A DNA stretch of 64,000 bases, from the NCBI GenBank assembly GCA_963422265.1, contig OY729416.1, forward strand, positions 384,001 through 448,000, given 5' to 3'. The position numbers and the translations under genes were made by a program. Below the pieces are notes generated by a model, which saw only the letters and a list, made by a program, of their open reading frames with translations, was not told where the DNA came from and made no database searches. The stretch's first letter is position 1; every line of letters begins with the position of its first letter. Shown piece after piece: positions 61,198 to 64,000 of this stretch. The DNA is from Thermodesulfobacteriota bacterium (GTDB taxonomy: Bacteria; Desulfobacterota_D; UBA1144; Nemesobacterales; UBA2774).

Positions 61198-62169
61198 AGA
61201 GTTTAAAATCCTCGCTGCGTCCTTGGCGAAATAAGTAATTATCAAATCAGCGCCAGCTCGTTTAATGCTCGTTAGTGTCTCCATCATGACAAGTTTCTCG
61301 TCAATCCAACCTAGCTTGCCAGCGGCTTTTATCATTGAGTATTCGCCGCTTACATTATACGCTGCGATAGGATGGTCAAACTCTTCTCTGGCGGCCCTTA
61401 TCACGTCTAGGTAAGAAAGGGCAGGTTTTACCATTACTACGTCAGCGCCCTCTTCTATATCTAGAGCAATCTCCCTAAGCGCTTCCCTTACGTTAGAGGG
61501 ATTCATTTGGTAACTTTTCCTATCTCCAAACTGGGGTGTGGACTCGGCAGCTTCTCTGAAGGGACCGTAAAAAGAGGAGGCGTATTTTGCGGAATAAGAC
61601 ATTATAGGAATATTTTCGTATCCTTCTTCATCCAGAGCTCCGCGTATCGCTCCTACTCGCCCATCCATCATATCGGATGGGGCTACTATATCGGCGCCTG
61701 CGCGTGCGTGCGAGAGCGACATCATAGCTAGGTATTCAAGCGTCTCATCATTATCCACGTCCCCGTCCTTTACGACTCCACAGTGCCCGTGGCTTGTGTA
61801 TTCGCATAAGCAAACATCCGTAATAACTACAACATCCTTAACACTTTTCTTAATCGTTCTAAGCGCTTTTTGGATAATGCCATTATCGTCATATCCCTCC
61901 GAGCCAAGCTCGTCCTTTTTTCGAGGGATGCCGAAAAGCAGTATAGCCTTTATACCTAGTTTCCTAACCTCTTTAACTTCTTCGATTGCGTTGTCGATCG
62001 ACTGCTTGTATATGCCGGGCATAGAGGTTACTTCAAACCTTGCTTTTTGACCCGGACCTACGAACATAGGATATATTAAATCGTTCACCGACAGCTTAGT
62101 CTCGCTTATGAGTTCCCGTAACCCTTTGTTCTTTCTCAACCTTCTTGATCGGTAAGCTGGGAAAAACAT
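61189..62169 (-). CDS. hemB: Porphobilinogen synthase (Zn-type)
   Basis: [48 protein letters not shown]. Confidence 0.98.
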   Translation of the reverse strand: MFFPAYRSRRLRKNKGLRELISETKLSVNDLIYPMFVGPGQKARFEVTSMPGIYKQSIDNAIEEVKEVRKLGIKAILLFGIPRKKDELGSEGYDDNGIIQKALRTIKKSVKDVVVITDVCLCEYTSHGHCGVVKDGDVDNDETLEYLAMMSLSHARAGADIVAPSDMMDGRVGAIRGALDEEGYENIPIMSYSAKYASSFYGPFREAAESTPQFGDRKSYQMNPSNVREALREIALDIEEGADVVMVKPALSYLDVIRAAREEFDHPIAAYNVSGEYSMIKAAGKLGWIDEKLVMMETLTSIKRAGADLIITYFAKDAARILNSLI

Positions 62170-62177
62170 TGGTGCTT

Positions 62178-62207
62178 ATTTTAACTGCTCTCAAGCGAGC
62201 AAGTCAA
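62178..62207 (-). promoter_or_regulatory. Candidate sigma70 promoter for hemB
   Basis: Minus strand TTGACT-18 bp-TAAAAT, 8 nt upstream of the ATG. Confidence 0.55.
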
Positions 62208-62490
62208 TCAGTCAATTCATGGTCATGGGACGACGTGTCTCCCCGCTTGCCATTCCCAAGGGAGCAGGATCCAGTCTTTATATCTTTCGTCTGCATAACA
62301 TGAGAGTAACAAGGTAAAAGAGTGATTACTAATAACCAAATGCAGGGGCAAGTCTGTGCCCGTCTGTGTATGTACCTGAGTGATCGGAAAACGATTCCCT
62401 TACTCCCTCCTTTCAAACTCTAAAGACGGTTGTATAATAATAAAACTTTAACCCACGTCCCTTGTAAGATAAGGGAAACGGGGAGCCATA

Positions 62491-64000
62491 ATGAAAGAAA
62501 AAACAGGGAAAAAGAGCATTGATTTCGTAAGGTCACGGATTGAACAGGATATCGCCAATAATAAATATGAGGGTAGGGTGGCTACGAGGTTTCCCCCTGA
62601 GCCTAACGGTTATCTTCATATAGGGCACGCAAAGTCAATCTGCCTCAATTTCGGAGTGGCTAAGGAATATAAAGGGACTTGCAACCTAAGGTTTGACGAT
62701 ACCAACCCAACTAAAGAGGAAACCGAATACGTTGAATCTATTATGAAAGACATAAAGTGGCTAGGCTACGACTGGGAAGACAGGCTTTGTTACGCATCTG
62801 ACTATTTTCAAAAGTTATACGATTATGCCGTCCGGCTTATTAAAGACGGTAGAGCCTACGTAGATAGCTTAAGCACCAAAGAGATTAGGGACTACAGGGG
62901 TACCTTGAGCGAGCCCGGTAGGGAAAGCCCTTACAGAGACAGAACTGTTGAAGAAAATCTTGAACTTTTTGAGAAGATGAAAAGCGGCGAGTTTGAAAAT
63001 GGCACGCACGTTCTGAGGGCAAAGATTGATATGACGTCCGGGAATCTAAACCTCCGCGACCCAGTTATGTATAGGATATTAAAAGAGACGCATCACAGAA
63101 CGGGGAACGAATGGAAAATATATCCTATGTATGATTTTGCCCATGGTCAGTCCGACTCAATTGAAGACATAACTCACTCCCTCTGCACGTTGGAGTTTGA
63201 AGATCACCGACCGCTGTATGATTGGTTTATTAAGGCTCTTGGAGTCCATCATCCTCAACAGATAGAGTTCGCAAGGCTCAATTTGAGCTATACGGTATTA
63301 AGTAAAAGAAAGCTTATGCAGCTTGTTAAGGACGGACATGTAAGCGGCTGGGATGACCCGCGTATGCCTACAATATCAGGTCTAAGAAGAAGAGGTTATA
63401 CACCTGAATCCATTAGAAATTTTTGTGAAATTATAGGTGTTACAAAGCAGGACAGCACTATTGACATAGCGCTCCTAGAGCACAGCATTAGAGAGGAACT
63501 AAATAAGAGGGCAAGACGCGTCATGGCCGTTCTTAACAAGCTCAAGATTATAATTACGAATTATAGAGATGACTTTAGCGAGGAGCTTGAAGCTGTGAAT
63601 AACCCAGAGGACGAAAACGCGGGAACGAGGAAGGTACCTTTCTCTAAAGAGCTTTACATAGAACGTGACGATTTTATGGAAGCTCCGCCCAAGAAGTTTT
63701 TCCGACTAGCTCCGGGAAGAGAGGTCAGGCTTCGATATGGATACTTCATAACCTGTACGGAAGTGGTTAAAGATGAATCCGGAGAAATTGTAGAGCTTCG
63801 CTGCATATATGATCCAGAAACCAAGGGAGGTAGAGCCCCGGACGGCAGGAAAGTCAAAGCTACTTTACACTGGGTATCCGCAAAGCACGCCATTAAGGCT
63901 GAGGTTAGGCTCTACGATCGCTTGTTCACCGTGCCTGAGCCAGAGGGCGATAAGGCACGTCCCTTACCACGGCGGGAAGAAGGAAAAGAATTTATCGATT
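62491..64000 (+). CDS. glnS: Glutaminyl-tRNA synthetase (3' truncated by the window; absent from the ORF track)
   Basis: ATG 62491 after GGGAG. Translates to [75 protein letters not shown]. Confidence 0.97.
   Translation, partial: MKEKTGKKSIDFVRSRIEQDIANNKYEGRVATRFPPEPNGYLHIGHAKSICLNFGVAKEYKGTCNLRFDDTNPTKEETEYVESIMKDIKWLGYDWEDRLCYASDYFQKLYDYAVRLIKDGRAYVDSLSTKEIRDYRGTLSEPGRESPYRDRTVEENLELFEKMKSGEFENGTHVLRAKIDMTSGNLNLRDPVMYRILKETHHRTGNEWKIYPMYDFAHGQSDSIEDITHSLCTLEFEDHRPLYDWFIKALGVHHPQQIEFARLNLSYTVLSKRKLMQLVKDGHVSGWDDPRMPTISGLRRRGYTPESIRNFCEIIGVTKQDSTIDIALLEHSIREELNKRARRVMAVLNKLKIIITNYRDDFSEELEAVNNPEDENAGTRKVPFSKELYIERDDFMEAPPKKFFRLAPGREVRLRYGYFITCTEVVKDESGEIVELRCIYDPETKGGRAPDGRKVKATLHWVSAKHAIKAEVRLYDRLFTVPEPEGDKARPLPRREEGKEFID

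Noticed and set aside
62306..62414. GTAACAAGGTA and CCTCCTTT resembling the 16S rRNA 3' end
   Set aside because: Spacing and intervening sequence do not match helix 45; short coincidental matches.
62204..62416. 70-aa minus-strand ORF in the hemB-glnS gap
   Set aside because: TTG start with no upstream SD, no motif, and it runs into the putative hemB promoter.

Overview
Gene-dense, fairly AT-rich bacterial chromosomal segment made mostly of core genes on the + strand. The gene order (tRNA-Leu-tig-clpP-clpX-lon, yceD-rpmF-fab, glnS, EF-G2) suggests a diderm, Deltaproteobacteria-like lineage, possibly Ca. Dadabacteria; this is a low-confidence inference. Contents in order: the end of an operon of three PLP enzymes; tRNA-Lys/Leu-tig-clpP-clpX-lon-tRNA-Val/Asp; an accessory-looking patch (DUF4301 nucleotidyltransferase-fold protein abutting a degenerate M49-peptidase homolog, two hypotheticals, a possible pseudogene, a solo Fe-S PD-(D/E)XK nuclease); M23 peptidase-rlmB; amiC-polX-ligA; PhnP-like hydrolase, apgM, tRNA-Leu; nfeD-stomatin; a peptide ABC transporter; a fab cluster lacking plsX/fabH; a TCA cluster with a mycobacterial Sdh1-like SDH and sucC but no sucD; dnaK, rpmE, EF-G2, ppx, grpE; a thrC-like/MoaD pair; gloB-like, metH, HAD, hemB and a truncated glnS. 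I saw no CRISPR array, rRNA, transposase or prophage. The best candidates for undescribed biology are the DUF4301 + HDxxH M49-like pair, the aminotransferase/CBS-like/MccE-like PLP operon, a PolX with an altered polymerase site coupled to ligA, an EF-G2 lacking the P-loop Lys, the ThrC-like/sulfur-carrier pair, and several apparently leaderless genes. All family calls come from motif recognition by eye; no database searches were run.
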